Origin: Halothiobacillus neapolitanus
GTDB taxonomy: Bacteria > Pseudomonadota > Gammaproteobacteria > Halothiobacillales > Halothiobacillaceae
Reading direction: 5' to 3'
NCBI GenBank assembly: GCA_020722165.1
Contig: DYLI01000001.1
Coordinates: 1-46,030, forward strand
DNA length: 46,030 nt
Shown: piece after piece, positions 1 through 10,413 of the stretch
How positions within the stretch are numbered: the stretch's first letter is position 1
How the letters are laid out: each line of letters begins with the position of its first letter
Notes under the pieces: generated by a model
Database searches by the model: none
Told to the model about the DNA's origin: nothing
The model's input: the letters and a program-made list of their open reading frames with translations, nothing else
Made by a program: the position numbers and the translations under genes

Positions 1-691
1 GCGACTTCGACATTTTCTGCACACCATCCAAGCCTTCAAGAATCGGCATGGTCATTACGACCTGCTGCGGCTTGCCATATTGGCGTTGCAGCTCACGCCC
101 GACCAGTAAATTGAATTTTTGATCGGTGCCACCCAGCTCAACATCGGCTTCCAAAGCCACCGAGTCGTAGCCCTGCACCAGTGGATACATAAATTCATGA
201 ATCGCAATCGGTTGTTGGCTGCTGTAGCGCTTACTAAAGTCATCGCGCTCCAACATCCGCGCCACCGTGTAACGCGAGGCGAGGCGGATCATCTCACTCG
301 AGTCCATCATACTCATCCAGCGCGAGTTGAACTCTACGCGCGTCTTATCTGGATCAAGAATCTTGAACACCTGCTCCTCATAGCTACGCGCATTGTCCAG
401 CACCTGCTCCCGCGTCAATGGCTTGCGCGTAACGCTCTTGCCCGTGGGGTCACCAATCATCCCGGTGAAGTCACCTATTAGGAATATAACTTCATGCCCC
501 AACTCCTGGAAGGTGCGTAGCTTATTAATAAGTACCGTATGCCCAAGATGCAAATCGGGTGCTGTGGGATCAAAGCCGGCCTTGATGCGCAGTGGCCGCC
601 CTAGCTTCAACTTTTCGAGCAAGTCTGCCTCGACCAGAATTTCCTCGGTGCCACGGCGTATCTCGCGCAAGGCGCCTTCAATAGCATGCAT
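1..691 (-). CDS. tyrS: Tyrosyl-tRNA synthetase (type 2/TyrZ-like), 3' end runs off the window edge
   Basis: Not in the ORF track because it is edge-truncated. Manual minus-strand translation from ATG 691 gives [53 protein letters not shown], with the HIGH-like HLGH motif. A divergent tyrS/M23-anmK layout is known from Pseudomonas. Confidence 0.95.
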   Translation of the reverse strand, partial: MHAIEGALREIRRGTEEILVEADLLEKLKLGRPLRIKAGFDPTAPDLHLGHTVLINKLRTFQELGHEVIFLIGDFTGMIGDPTGKSVTRKPLTREQVLDNARSYEEQVFKILDPDKTRVEFNSRWMSMMDSSEMIRLASRYTVARMLERDDFSKRYSSQQPIAIHEFMYPLVQGYDSVALEADVELGGTDQKFNLLVGRELQRQYGKPQQVVMTMPILEGLDGVQKMSKS

Positions 692-773
692 GTATGTCAA
701 GCCTCGTTTTGTTGACCAATGTTGGAGTGAGGGTTATTTTAGCCGGATTAATAAAATATATTGAGAAAATCTA

Positions 774-2243
774 ATGCAAAAACTTATGGCCATCAGAAAA
801 CGCAGCCAGCCCTCGTTCCGCAAACGTTCGCATCATTTGTTGCGTCTTAGTTTGCTCGTCGCCGGATTGAGCAGTCTCGGCGCGGTCATCGGCAAGGTCA
901 GTGAACACCCCTTTGGCGCTCAAAACGACCCCCTTTCCCCCTCCAATCAGCTAAGCGCAAGCGTACTCCCTCCGCCTGTTGTTTCGCTTACGCCAGCCAT
1001 TGATTTATCGCCCTCCTCCGCCTTGATCGATAGTCTCACACCGCAAGGCGAGCAAGACATACACGGACAAGCCAGCGCCAATTTGCCAAAGCAACCCGAA
1101 CTAAAAACAGTCGATGTCACCATCGAAAAAGGCTCAAGCCTATCCAAAATTTTTGCGCAGTATTCACTGCCCACCAGTGAATTGGATCAAATTCTCAAGC
1201 TCGGCAGCGATGCCAAATCGCTCACCCGCTTACGTACTGGCGAGTCGATCAGCCTGGAGCTATCCAACGAACAGACGGGCGACGCACAGCTGCAACGCCT
1301 CAGCTACAAGCTTGGACTTGATCGCACTTTGCACATCGTGCGCACCGAAGAAGGCGACTTCAAGACCGAAGTTGAACAACATCCTCTCGAATACCGCCAA
1401 GCCCTTGGTCACGGAATCATTCATGATTCTTTTTACAATGCCGCCACCGAAGCGGGCGTTGCGCCCGACATCGTGATGCAGCTTGCTGATATTTTCGGCT
1501 GGAAGATCAACTTTCTGACCGACATTAAAGACGGCGATAGCTTCAGCATTCTTTATGAATCCGTCTATAAGGACGGTGAAAAAGTCACCTCGGGCGATGT
1601 TCTCGCGGCTTCGTTCACTAATAATGGCAAGCTCTATCAAGCCGTGCGCCATAGTGACAGTAACGGTAACACAACCTATTACACCCCGGACGGCAAAAGC
1701 CTAGAGCGCGGATTTCTACGCTATCCCGTTGAATTTTCGCGCATTAGCTCCGGCTTCAGCCATGCCCGCTTGCATCCTGTGCTTAACGTGGTACGCGAGC
1801 ACAAGGGTGTCGATTTTGCCGCGCCCTCAGGCACACCTATCCATGCCTCCGCCGATGGAAAAATCACCTTCCAGGGCTGGAAAGGCGGCTACGGCAAGGT
1901 TGTTATGCTGCAACATGATGGCGTGTACAGCACAGTTTACGGACATATGTCGCGCTTTGACCCCAGTCTGAGCCAAGGTGACAGCGTCAAACAAGGGCAA
2001 GTGATTGGCTTTGTCGGTGCCACCGGTTATGCCACTGGCCCGCATTTGCACTATGAATTCCGCATCAACGGCCAGCACCAAGACCCGCTTTCCGCCCAGC
2101 TCCCTGAAGCCATGCCCATTGCCGCCAATCAGCGTGCGCGCTTCATGAGTGAATCTGCGCAACTTATGGCGCAACTGACACGCTTGGAAAGCGAAGCTAA
2201 AACGGCCAGCCTCAGTACTGACAGCGACACCCGCAACCACTAA
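774..2243 (+). CDS. mepM: M23 peptidoglycan DD-endopeptidase with OapA/LysM-like N-terminal region (MepM-like)
   Basis: HKGVDF (HxxxD) and GPHLHYEF (HxH) zinc motifs; N-terminal hydrophobic anchor; lies upstream of anmK. Confidence 0.85.
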   Translation: MQKLMAIRKRSQPSFRKRSHHLLRLSLLVAGLSSLGAVIGKVSEHPFGAQNDPLSPSNQLSASVLPPPVVSLTPAIDLSPSSALIDSLTPQGEQDIHGQASANLPKQPELKTVDVTIEKGSSLSKIFAQYSLPTSELDQILKLGSDAKSLTRLRTGESISLELSNEQTGDAQLQRLSYKLGLDRTLHIVRTEEGDFKTEVEQHPLEYRQALGHGIIHDSFYNAATEAGVAPDIVMQLADIFGWKINFLTDIKDGDSFSILYESVYKDGEKVTSGDVLAASFTNNGKLYQAVRHSDSNGNTTYYTPDGKSLERGFLRYPVEFSRISSGFSHARLHPVLNVVREHKGVDFAAPSGTPIHASADGKITFQGWKGGYGKVVMLQHDGVYSTVYGHMSRFDPSLSQGDSVKQGQVIGFVGATGYATGPHLHYEFRINGQHQDPLSAQLPEAMPIAANQRARFMSESAQLMAQLTRLESEAKTASLSTDSDTRNH

Positions 2244-2257
2244 GCCTAAACACACCC

Positions 2258-3382
2258 ATGCCGCTCTATCTTGGCCTGCTCTCCGGCACCAGCATGGATG
2301 GCGTAGATGCCTGCATTGTCAGGTTTACCGACAATGGTCGTGCGCAACTTGTTGCCCAGTACACCACAGCTTATCCGAATGACTTACTGACCGAATTGCG
2401 CGCCCTCATGCAAGCGGATGCCGTGCGCGCTATGCCTCGCGTGGCGCGACTGGATGCCTGGCTTGGAGATTTTTTTGCCCAGACGGCCAATAACCTGATT
2501 GACAGCTGCAAGCTCAAGCGCAGTGACATCCATGCGATTGGCTCGCATGGACAAACTCTGCACCACGACCCGCATGGTGACTACCCCTACAGCCTGCAAC
2601 TTGGCGATCCGCATCGCATTGCCGAACTTACCGGTTTAACCGTCGTGGCCGACTTTCGCCGTCGCGACATTGCTGCGGGCGGGCAAGGTGCGCCCTTGGT
2701 GCCACCGGCTCACGCGGCATTATTTGCGGACGCCCTTGAGACCCGTGTAATTGCTAATATCGGCGGCATTGCCAACATCACCATCCTGCCGCCCAAGAAC
2801 CAGCAAACAACACCGGTACGTGGTTTTGACACCGGCCCCGGCAACACTCTGATGGACGCATGGACGCAGCTCCATCTTGAACAGGCGTATGACCGCGACG
2901 GCGCATGGGCGCATGGCGGGCAGGTTCACCAAGGCTTACTTGCGCGCTTGTTGGCTGAGCCTTACTTTGCGCAAGCCGCCCCCAAAAGCACTGGGCCGGA
3001 ATTGTTTAATTTAGCGTGGCTACAGGCTCGAGCAGGCGAACTACTCGGTGCGATTGCCCCGCAAGATGTCCAAGCAACGCTACTAGAGCTCAGTGCCCGC
3101 AGCCTGATGGAGGCGATTGAAGCCAATGCACAAAATGCAGCACGCGTCCTCATTTGTGGTGGCGGAGCCTACAACAACGCCCTTATGCAGCGTTTGCGTA
3201 CGCTGGCAGCGGATCAGTCGATTGAAAGTACGGCAGATTATGGGATCGAACCCGCATGGGTCGAGGCCGTCGCCTTCGCCTGGTTGGCACGTCAAACCCT
3301 ACTCGGCTTGCCGGGAAACCTGCCTGCGGTCACGGGTGCCAAGGGGTTACGCATTTTGGGCGCAATTTACTCAGCGCATTAG
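2258..3382 (+). CDS. anmK: Anhydro-N-acetylmuramic acid kinase
   Basis: GLLSGTSMDGVD, GSHGQT, DFRRRDIAAGGQGAPLVP, GFDTGPGN and EAVAFAWLA motifs. Confidence 0.96.
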   Translation: MPLYLGLLSGTSMDGVDACIVRFTDNGRAQLVAQYTTAYPNDLLTELRALMQADAVRAMPRVARLDAWLGDFFAQTANNLIDSCKLKRSDIHAIGSHGQTLHHDPHGDYPYSLQLGDPHRIAELTGLTVVADFRRRDIAAGGQGAPLVPPAHAALFADALETRVIANIGGIANITILPPKNQQTTPVRGFDTGPGNTLMDAWTQLHLEQAYDRDGAWAHGGQVHQGLLARLLAEPYFAQAAPKSTGPELFNLAWLQARAGELLGAIAPQDVQATLLELSARSLMEAIEANAQNAARVLICGGGAYNNALMQRLRTLAADQSIESTADYGIEPAWVEAVAFAWLARQTLLGLPGNLPAVTGAKGLRILGAIYSAH

Positions 3383-3390
3383 CCTGTCAA

Positions 3391-4566
3391 TTAAGGTTTG
3401 CGCGCGCCAATTTCAGCATAAGTCCTTGACTCCGAACCCACATACTCCTGCGTAGGCCGATAAATCCGGTTATTTCCAATCTGCTCTTTCCAATGTGCCA
3501 GCCAGCCGGCTGTGCGCGAAATCGCAAAAATCGGTGTGAATTGATCTTCAGGAATGCCAAGCGCGTCGTACAACACGCCGGAATAAAAATCGACATTCGG
3601 ATGCACGCCTTTTTGCGCCAAACGCTCATGTGCGGCGACTTCCAACGCCTTGGCAATCTCATACAGCGGACTGATTTGACCGCCGCGATGCTCGCGCAAC
3701 TCTTCGAGCATGCTTTGCAAAATATCGGCGCGCGGGTCTTTGACTTTGTACTCACGGTGACCAAAGCCCCAAACCACTTGTTTATTGGCCAAGCGTTGTT
3801 CCAGCCAGCTTTCAGCATTTTCCGGCTTACCGATCTCGCGCAACATTTCCAACACACGCTGGTTCGCCCCGCCATGCAGAGGCCCCGCCAGCGTGCCGAT
3901 GGCCGAGGCCACCACTAGGTTCGGCGCCGCCAAGGTCGAGCCACACACCAAGGCCGCAAAGGTCGACGCATTGATGGTGTGTTCGGCATGCAACACCAGG
4001 CAAGCATCCATAATCCGCGCTTCCACCGCATCTGGCTCGCGCTCGTTCATCATATAGAGAAAGTTGGCGGCATAGCTCAGGTCTTCACGCGGCGACACTG
4101 GATCGTCGCCGATGCGGATATGGTTCCACATCGCCACAATGGTCGCCATCGTGGCCAGAATCTTGGTCGCTGTGCCGTTCACAAACTCGTCGCTCGGCCC
4201 GTTGCCTTCGGCGGTCATGCGCTCGCTACCCGGATAAAACATACCCAAACTTGCCACGCAGGTTTGCAGCATTTCCATCGGATGCCCATTGGTAGGCAAA
4301 AACTTCATAATCTCACGCACGTTGTACTTAACGCGACGGTTTCGACGCAATTCGCTTGAGAATTCAGCAAGTTCGCTCGCATTCGGCAATTCGCCATTGA
4401 GTAACAGAAAGCAGGTTTCCTCGAAGCTACTGTGCTTGGCCAACTCGACGATGGGGTAGCCGCGATAGGTCAAAATGCCTTGTTGACCATCGAGAAAAGA
4501 AATCGCCGAGCGGGTGGCAGGCACATTTTGCAAGCCGGGAATATAGGGAATGCTTTCTGTACTCAT
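3391..4566 (-). CDS. Citrate synthase (short, cyanobacterial-like type)
   Basis: HAEH...NAST, GPLHGGAN, GFGHREYKVKDPRA and PNVDFYSG motifs; ATG 4566 has a GAAGGA RBS (the ORF track starts at an upstream TTG). Confidence 0.92.
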   Translation of the reverse strand: MSTESIPYIPGLQNVPATRSAISFLDGQQGILTYRGYPIVELAKHSSFEETCFLLLNGELPNASELAEFSSELRRNRRVKYNVREIMKFLPTNGHPMEMLQTCVASLGMFYPGSERMTAEGNGPSDEFVNGTATKILATMATIVAMWNHIRIGDDPVSPREDLSYAANFLYMMNEREPDAVEARIMDACLVLHAEHTINASTFAALVCGSTLAAPNLVVASAIGTLAGPLHGGANQRVLEMLREIGKPENAESWLEQRLANKQVVWGFGHREYKVKDPRADILQSMLEELREHRGGQISPLYEIAKALEVAAHERLAQKGVHPNVDFYSGVLYDALGIPEDQFTPIFAISRTAGWLAHWKEQIGNNRIYRPTQEYVGSESRTYAEIGARKP

Positions 4567-4581
4567 AACGAATCCTTCCAA

Positions 4582-4938
4582 TTAAACCGAGAACGACGAA
4601 CCGCAGCCGCAGGTGGTGCTGGCATTAGGATTGCGAATGACAAATTGCGCTCCTTCCAGACCCTCGGTGTAGTCAATGGTCGCGCCGGTGAGATATTGCA
4701 GGCTCATCGGATCAATCAACAAGGCCACACCGGCTTTTTCCAAGCGCGTGTCGCCTTCTTGCTCGGTTTCATCAAACGTGAATCCGTACTGAAAGCCGGA
4801 GCAGCCGCCACCGGTAATGAATACACGCAACTTCAAGGCCTCGTTACCCTCTTCGTCGATCAGTTGGCGCACTTTGGCCGCCGCACTATCGGTAAAAACA
4901 AGGGGTTCTTCAACTTCGGCAGACATGGCAACAGTCAT
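4582..4938 (-). CDS. erpA: A-type Fe-S cluster carrier ErpA
   Basis: [11 protein letters not shown] and CGCGSSF motifs; downstream of argC. Confidence 0.93.
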   Translation of the reverse strand: MTVAMSAEVEEPLVFTDSAAAKVRQLIDEEGNEALKLRVFITGGGCSGFQYGFTFDETEQEGDTRLEKAGVALLIDPMSLQYLTGATIDYTEGLEGAQFVIRNPNASTTCGCGSSFSV

Positions 4939-4999
4939 GATGTTTCTCCAGTATTCATTTTAAAAAGCATTAAGCACGCCACAAATATAGGGCGAAAGC

Positions 5000-6031
5000 T
5001 TAAGGCAACAACCCAACAATCCGCAGACCCATATCTTCGGGAAAACCGAACATAAGGTTCATATTCTGCACCGCTTGCCCGGACGCACCTTTGACCAGGT
5101 TGTCGATAACCGAAGACACTACCACGGTATCGCCACCCTGCGGGCGATAGATCGCCAAGCGGCACATATTATTACCACGCACGCTGCGCGTTTCCGGCAA
5201 GCTGCCCGGCGGCAAGACATCAACAAAAGGTTCGTCGGCGTAGGCGTGCTCAAACAAGGCTTGCAGGTCGCCCGCTTGGGCATTCAAACGCGCATATAGC
5301 GTCGCCTCAATACCGCGCACCATCGGCACCAAATGCGGCACAAAGGTCAAACCAACCGACTGCCCCGCAACGAGGTTCAGAGTCTGGCAAATTTCTGGCT
5401 GATGACGATGCCCGCCCACTGCATAAGCACGGAAGCTTTCGCCCGCTTCGGCCATCAAGGTCGGAATCTCCGCCTTGCGTCCCGCGCCACTCACGCCGGA
5501 CTTGGAATCAGCAATCAGGGATGACGCATCGACCCAGCCCGCTTTGACCAGCGGCAGCAAACCCAGTGTGACGGCGGTCACATGGCAGCCGGGATTGGCC
5601 AGCAAACGCGCCTCGCGAATCGCCTCACGATTCAACTCAGGCAAGCCGTACACCGCCTCGCGCACCAAATCAGGGCTGGCGTGCGTCATGCCGTACCATT
5701 GCGACCACACCCCTAAATCTTGAATGCGAAAGTCTGCCGCCAAATCAATCACGCGCACGCCTGCGTCGAGCAGCTCGCGCGCCGCGCTCATAGCAATGCC
5801 ATTTGGCGTGGCAAAAAACACCACATCGCAAGACTGCAAATCCGCAGTGGCCGGGTCACTGAAGACCAAATCCACATAACCGCGCAGATTGGGGAACATA
5901 TCCGCCACTTTTTCGCCGACATTGCCGCGCGAAGTAATCGCCGCCAATTCAACCTTTGGATGCAGCGCCAATAAACGCAGCAACTCCACGCCGGTATAAC
6001 CCGTGCCGCCAACGATACCCACGCGAATCAT
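5000..6031 (-). CDS. argC: N-acetyl-gamma-glutamyl-phosphate reductase
   Basis: [27 protein letters not shown] and [11 protein letters not shown] motifs. Confidence 0.97.
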   Translation of the reverse strand: MIRVGIVGGTGYTGVELLRLLALHPKVELAAITSRGNVGEKVADMFPNLRGYVDLVFSDPATADLQSCDVVFFATPNGIAMSAARELLDAGVRVIDLAADFRIQDLGVWSQWYGMTHASPDLVREAVYGLPELNREAIREARLLANPGCHVTAVTLGLLPLVKAGWVDASSLIADSKSGVSGAGRKAEIPTLMAEAGESFRAYAVGGHRHQPEICQTLNLVAGQSVGLTFVPHLVPMVRGIEATLYARLNAQAGDLQALFEHAYADEPFVDVLPPGSLPETRSVRGNNMCRLAIYRPQGGDTVVVSSVIDNLVKGASGQAVQNMNLMFGFPEDMGLRIVGLLP

Positions 6032-6114
6032 GTGTAAGCTCCCCATGCCAAAGTGTTTTAATAAGTAGAATCATAACCGCATATCATGCGCATAAACCTC
6101 AAGGAATCTCGAAA

Positions 6115-6609
6115 ATGCTCACACGCCGTCGTTTTTTAGCGTTATCGCTGCTCTCCACACCTTTACTTTTTAGCGCATGTGGCACACAAAACAACGCCGC
6201 CGATGCACCACTGCTGATGCTTGATGCCGCACCAACCAGCCTCGCGGCCCTGCGTGGCAAGCCGGTATTGCTGACCTTTTGGGCCACCTCCTGCCCCGGT
6301 TGTATCGAAGAAATCCCGCTGTTGAGCGAGCTGCATAAAGCCTACGCCGCACGCGGTTTGCAGGTGATTGGCGTCGCCATGAATTACGACCCCGAAGCCC
6401 ACGTTCGCGCCCTGCGTGATCGCTTAAAGGTTCCCTATCCGCTGGCGCTGGACAAAGATGGCGCGGTCAGCGCGGCCATGGGCACGGTACGCCTCACCCC
6501 GACCACCTTCCTGCTCGACCCGCAGGGACAGGTGGTGTATCAAAAAATCGGTATTTTCGATTTGGATAAGGTGAAGGGACTGATTGAGGGGATGTTGGCA
6601 AAGAACTAA
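6115..6609 (+). CDS. TlpA/ResA-like thioredoxin-fold lipoprotein
   Basis: FWATSCPGC (CxxC) and cis-Pro TPTTFL; signal peptide MLTRRRFL...FSAC; AAGGA RBS before ATG 6115. Confidence 0.85.
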   Translation: MLTRRRFLALSLLSTPLLFSACGTQNNAADAPLLMLDAAPTSLAALRGKPVLLTFWATSCPGCIEEIPLLSELHKAYAARGLQVIGVAMNYDPEAHVRALRDRLKVPYPLALDKDGAVSAAMGTVRLTPTTFLLDPQGQVVYQKIGIFDLDKVKGLIEGMLAKN

Positions 6610-6611
6610 AT

Positions 6612-6675
6612 TTAGCCACAGAGAGCACCGAGAGAAAGAGCCTCCCTTAATTTTCCTCTGCGTTCTCTGTGGCGA
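6612..6675. repeat. CACAGAG-arm palindromic element, copy A1
   Basis: TTAGCCACAGAGAGCACCGAG ... CTCTGCGTTCTCTGTGGCGA inverted arms between convergent tlpA and feoB. Confidence 0.85.
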
Positions 6676-6683
6676 CATTCTGC

Positions 6684-8474
6684 TCAATACCCCAGCCAAC
6701 GCGCCGTCTGGTAAAACGCAAAACTCACCGCATAGGCCAAACCGACTGACCAAACCACGCTGGTCATGGTCAAACGCCAACTTTTGCCCTCGACCTGAAT
6801 CGCCGCCAAGGTGGACACGCAGGGCGTGTAGAGCAAGGTAAAAAGCATAAAGCTATACGCCTGCACCCAATCCATGTGCTGCTGTACCGCGCCCGCCAAC
6901 CCTTCTTCGGACACGCTGTACAACACCGCCAAACCGCCCAGCACAATTTCCTTGGCAATAAAGCCAAACAACAAGGCCACGCCAAGCAACGGGTCGAAGC
7001 CTAGCGGCGCGAAGATAAAGCCGACCGCCGCACTTAATTGCCCTGCAAAGCTTGCGGGACTGGAGGGCTCCACACCCCAGGGCAAATGCGTCAACAACCA
7101 AATCGCCACCACGCCGATCACAATAAACTGCGTGGCGCGGCGCAAAAAGCCTGAAATTTCATTCCACGCGGACTTAAACATGCTCGTAAATTGCGGCAAA
7201 CGGTAGGGCGGCAACTCCAAAATCACCGGCTCCACCGCGTGATAACGCCGCTTGAAAACCACAGCGGTCAGTACCGCCGCCAGCAGGCTCAACACATACA
7301 AACTAAACAACACCAGAGCCGCCTGCGACGGGGCAAATAATGCGGCAATCAAAAACAAAAACACCTGCAAACGCGCCGCACACAAGGCAAAAGGCAGCAC
7401 CAGCATGGTCAAGGCACGCAGCGCGGGCGAGCGCATCACCCGCGTGCCCATCACCGCAGGAACATTACAACCCATGCCGAACAAGTGCAGCACAAACCCG
7501 CGCCCATCCAACCCAATGCGCGCCATAAAACCATCGACCAAAAATGCCGCGCGCGCCAGATACCCCGAATCTTCCACCGCCGACATCACGATAAAAAACA
7601 GCGCGATAATCGGCAAAAAACTCGCCACGGTAGCAATGCCGTCGTACACGCCACCTATCAGCAAACCTTCGCCAAAGGGCGGCAAGACGTGCGCCACCGG
7701 CTGCACGATGGCATTACGCACCCCATCCAACAGATACGCCACCGCATCTTGCAGAGGCGCGCCGACGGTAAAAATGAACTGAAACAGTAAAAAGAGGCTG
7801 AGGAAGAAAATCGGCAAGCCCCAGAGCGGATGCAGCAAGACACGATCAAGGTGGGCGCTCATGCCATCCGACAACTCACGCGGCGACTTCACCGCCATGC
7901 GCAGCAAGGCATCGGCCTCGTCCTGCACCGTCTCATCAGGCGCAAGGCGTAGCGCCAATGCCGTCTGCGACATGCTGTTTGCCACGCGCAAACCACCCGC
8001 AATCGCCTGACGCAATACATCCAAACCCTCGGCACGGCGCGCACTCACTTCCAACACAGGAAAACCCAGCGCCGCACTCAAGCGCGCCACATCAATACTC
8101 ACACCAAAACGCTTGGCCTCATCACTCATATTGAGCACGGCCAGCATGGGCACGCCCAAAGCTTTAACCTGTAATAGCAGATTGATTTGACGGTCAATTT
8201 GCGCTGCATTCAGCACGACCACCAGAAAATCGACTGGCACGCGCTCCAGAAAACGCCGCACCACATGCTCATCTTCCGTCATTCCATGCAGATCATAAAT
8301 ACCGGGAAGATCAACCAGCTCGGCTAAATCCGCACCGAGTGGCAACTTGGCGGCCAGCAAATCAACCGTCAGCCCAGGCCAATTACCGGTGCGTGCCGAA
8401 GCCCCGGTCAGACGGTTGAAAAGCGTGGATTTGCCTGTATTAGGCATACCGAGAAGGGCAACGCGCTTGGACAC
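6684..8474 (-). CDS. feoB: Ferrous iron transporter FeoB (short form)
   Basis: GMPNTGKS (G1), GNWPGLTVD, DLPG and NMSD motifs; gate motifs GCNVPA and YTPC. Confidence 0.95.
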   Translation of the reverse strand: MSKRVALLGMPNTGKSTLFNRLTGASARTGNWPGLTVDLLAAKLPLGADLAELVDLPGIYDLHGMTEDEHVVRRFLERVPVDFLVVVLNAAQIDRQINLLLQVKALGVPMLAVLNMSDEAKRFGVSIDVARLSAALGFPVLEVSARRAEGLDVLRQAIAGGLRVANSMSQTALALRLAPDETVQDEADALLRMAVKSPRELSDGMSAHLDRVLLHPLWGLPIFFLSLFLLFQFIFTVGAPLQDAVAYLLDGVRNAIVQPVAHVLPPFGEGLLIGGVYDGIATVASFLPIIALFFIVMSAVEDSGYLARAAFLVDGFMARIGLDGRGFVLHLFGMGCNVPAVMGTRVMRSPALRALTMLVLPFALCAARLQVFLFLIAALFAPSQAALVLFSLYVLSLLAAVLTAVVFKRRYHAVEPVILELPPYRLPQFTSMFKSAWNEISGFLRRATQFIVIGVVAIWLLTHLPWGVEPSSPASFAGQLSAAVGFIFAPLGFDPLLGVALLFGFIAKEIVLGGLAVLYSVSEEGLAGAVQQHMDWVQAYSFMLFTLLYTPCVSTLAAIQVEGKSWRLTMTSVVWSVGLAYAVSFAFYQTARWLGY

Positions 8475-8506
8475 GGAGGCAGTACCTCAGCAGTGAGGAG
8501 CGAAAA

Positions 8507-8734
8507 TCAAACGAGCGACTGCACCGAAATCGCATCGGCCTCACGCGCGCGCAGGAAAAACTCGGTCGAACCGACCCGCAAATGTAGCGGGCCATTAAAC
8601 GCCGCACGTCGCACAACATTTAATGGTCGCCCGGGGTGCACACCCAAAGCATGCAAACGGCGCACGAGGCAGGCATCACCCTCAACACAGGTTACGGAGG
8701 CGGATTCGCCACAACGCAAGCAGGATAGTTTCAT
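8507..8734 (-). CDS. feoA: FeoA (SH3-like)
   Basis: RRLHALGVHPG...RRAAFNGPL...LRAREA; upstream of feoB; ATG 8734 has a GAGG RBS. Confidence 0.9.
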   Translation of the reverse strand: MKLSCLRCGESASVTCVEGDACLVRRLHALGVHPGRPLNVVRRAAFNGPLHLRVGSTEFFLRAREADAISVQSLV

Positions 8735-8791
8735 GATGTAGCCTCGGTAGGTTGAAGGACAGGCCGAATGACGACGCGGCGTTATTATGCC

Positions 8792-8811
8792 GCGAATGAT
8801 AATGATTCCCA
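8792..8811. promoter_or_regulatory. Fur box upstream of feoAB
   Basis: GCGAATGATAATGATTCCCA; the core TGATAAT-G-ATTCCCA matches the 7-1-7 Fur consensus TGATAAT-N-ATTATCA at 12 of 14 positions; lies next to a minus-strand CATAAT (-10-like) element. Confidence 0.8.
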
Positions 8812-8912
8812 TAAAGAAGCGCAACACAGCTTCAACTGCGACACCCTTGACTTCAAACCCACACAGCGCATCATTTCTGGCTTATAGCTATTCAGAATAG
8901 GGATTGAATACC

Positions 8913-10403
8913 ATGCTCAACACCCTTGATCTTGGCCGTAGCGTCAGCAAAGACGACTACAAAAAAGAATTACCCGAGCTGCGCTCGCGCCTACTTGAAG
9001 CGCAACGCGCCCTGCTTACCGCCGGAATCAGCGTGTTGGTTATCATCGAGGGCATGGATGGATCGGGTCGCGCACAAGTCGTCAACAAGCTGCACGAGTG
9101 GCTCGACCCGCGCGGTATTCAGACACACACGTTTTGGAAGCCCTCGGACGAAGAGTGCGAACGCCCGGCCTACTGGCGTTATTGGCGCGAAATGCCTGCG
9201 GCGGGTCAAATCGCCATTTTTCTCGGCGGCTGGTATCGCGACATCGTGACCGATGCCATTCAAGACAAAATCAAGGAGGACAACCTCGACGCACGTCTTA
9301 CGCCGGTGAATGATATTGAACATTTATTGGCTCACGACCGCACGCTCATCCTGAAATTTTGGTACCACCTTCCGCAGGACGAGCAAGAGCAACGCCTCAA
9401 GATCGAAAAATCCACACCCGATGACCGCTACTCCAGTAGCAAGGAGGCGATCAAGGGGCGTGAAAAACTGACCCTCTGGGCCGAGCGAATTTTGCGCACC
9501 ACTGACATGGCTGATGCGCCCTGGTTTTTAATTGAAGCAAGTGACATGCGTTACCGTGATCTTGCCACGGGCTATAGCCTGCTCAAGGCGCTGGAAAAAC
9601 GTATTACCAATCAAATAAACCAACGCAGCGAGCCCCTGCCGCCGCAAGAACCCGCACTACCACAGGCTCAGAGTGCACGGGTGACGCTGCTCGACCATGT
9701 TGATTTACAAACCAGCATCAACAAAGACGAGTACGAAGACAAAATACTCAAGCGCCAAAACGAATTGCGCGAACTGACCTGGAAAGCCTATAGCTTGGGT
9801 ATCAGCACCTATCTGATTTTTGAGGGCTGGGATGCGGCGGGCAAAGGCGGCACCATTCGCCGCCTGACATCCGGCATTGATGCTCGCCTCTACCGGGTTA
9901 TCCCCTATGGCGCGCCCAGCTCGCACGAATTACAGCATCATTATCTGTGGCGTTTTTGGCGACAAGTGCCGCGCGCAGGCCGTGTCGCCATTTTCGATCG
10001 CTCCTGGTATGGGCGCGTCTTGGTCGAGCGTGTGGAAAATCTGTGCCTTCCTGCCGAATGGCAACGCGCCTATCACGAAATCAATGACTTCGAGAAACAG
10101 TTGGTCAATGGCAAAAACCTATTGCTCAAATTCTGGTTACATATTTCGCCAAAAGAACAGCTACGCCGCTTTGAAGACCGGCAAAACACACCTTGGAAAA
10201 ACTACAAAATCACCCCGGACGACTGGCGCAATCGTGAAAAACGCCCGGAATATGAGCTTGCCGTCAATGAGATGATTTTGCGTACCAGCACCGAATACGC
10301 CCCTTGGCATATCGTCGCCAGCGAGGACAAAAACTACGGTCGATTAGAGGTGCTAGATACCGTATGTGCAGCGTTGAGTGCGCGGATTAAAGCAGCGGAG
10401 TAG
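8913..10403 (+). CDS. pap: Polyphosphate:AMP phosphotransferase (two-domain class II PPK2)
   Basis: Two PPK2 domains: a degenerate N-terminal EGMDGSGR and an intact C-terminal EGWDAAGKGG plus FDRSWYGRVLVERVE. Confidence 0.92.
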   Translation: MLNTLDLGRSVSKDDYKKELPELRSRLLEAQRALLTAGISVLVIIEGMDGSGRAQVVNKLHEWLDPRGIQTHTFWKPSDEECERPAYWRYWREMPAAGQIAIFLGGWYRDIVTDAIQDKIKEDNLDARLTPVNDIEHLLAHDRTLILKFWYHLPQDEQEQRLKIEKSTPDDRYSSSKEAIKGREKLTLWAERILRTTDMADAPWFLIEASDMRYRDLATGYSLLKALEKRITNQINQRSEPLPPQEPALPQAQSARVTLLDHVDLQTSINKDEYEDKILKRQNELRELTWKAYSLGISTYLIFEGWDAAGKGGTIRRLTSGIDARLYRVIPYGAPSSHELQHHYLWRFWRQVPRAGRVAIFDRSWYGRVLVERVENLCLPAEWQRAYHEINDFEKQLVNGKNLLLKFWLHISPKEQLRRFEDRQNTPWKNYKITPDDWRNREKRPEYELAVNEMILRTSTEYAPWHIVASEDKNYGRLEVLDTVCAALSARIKAAE

Positions 10404-10413
10404 AAAGGTTCGT

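Noticed and set aside
8913-9600. Degenerate Walker A in the first PPK2 domain as pseudogenisation
   Set aside because: A degenerate N-terminal domain is normal for two-domain class II PPK2 enzymes, and the ORF is intact.
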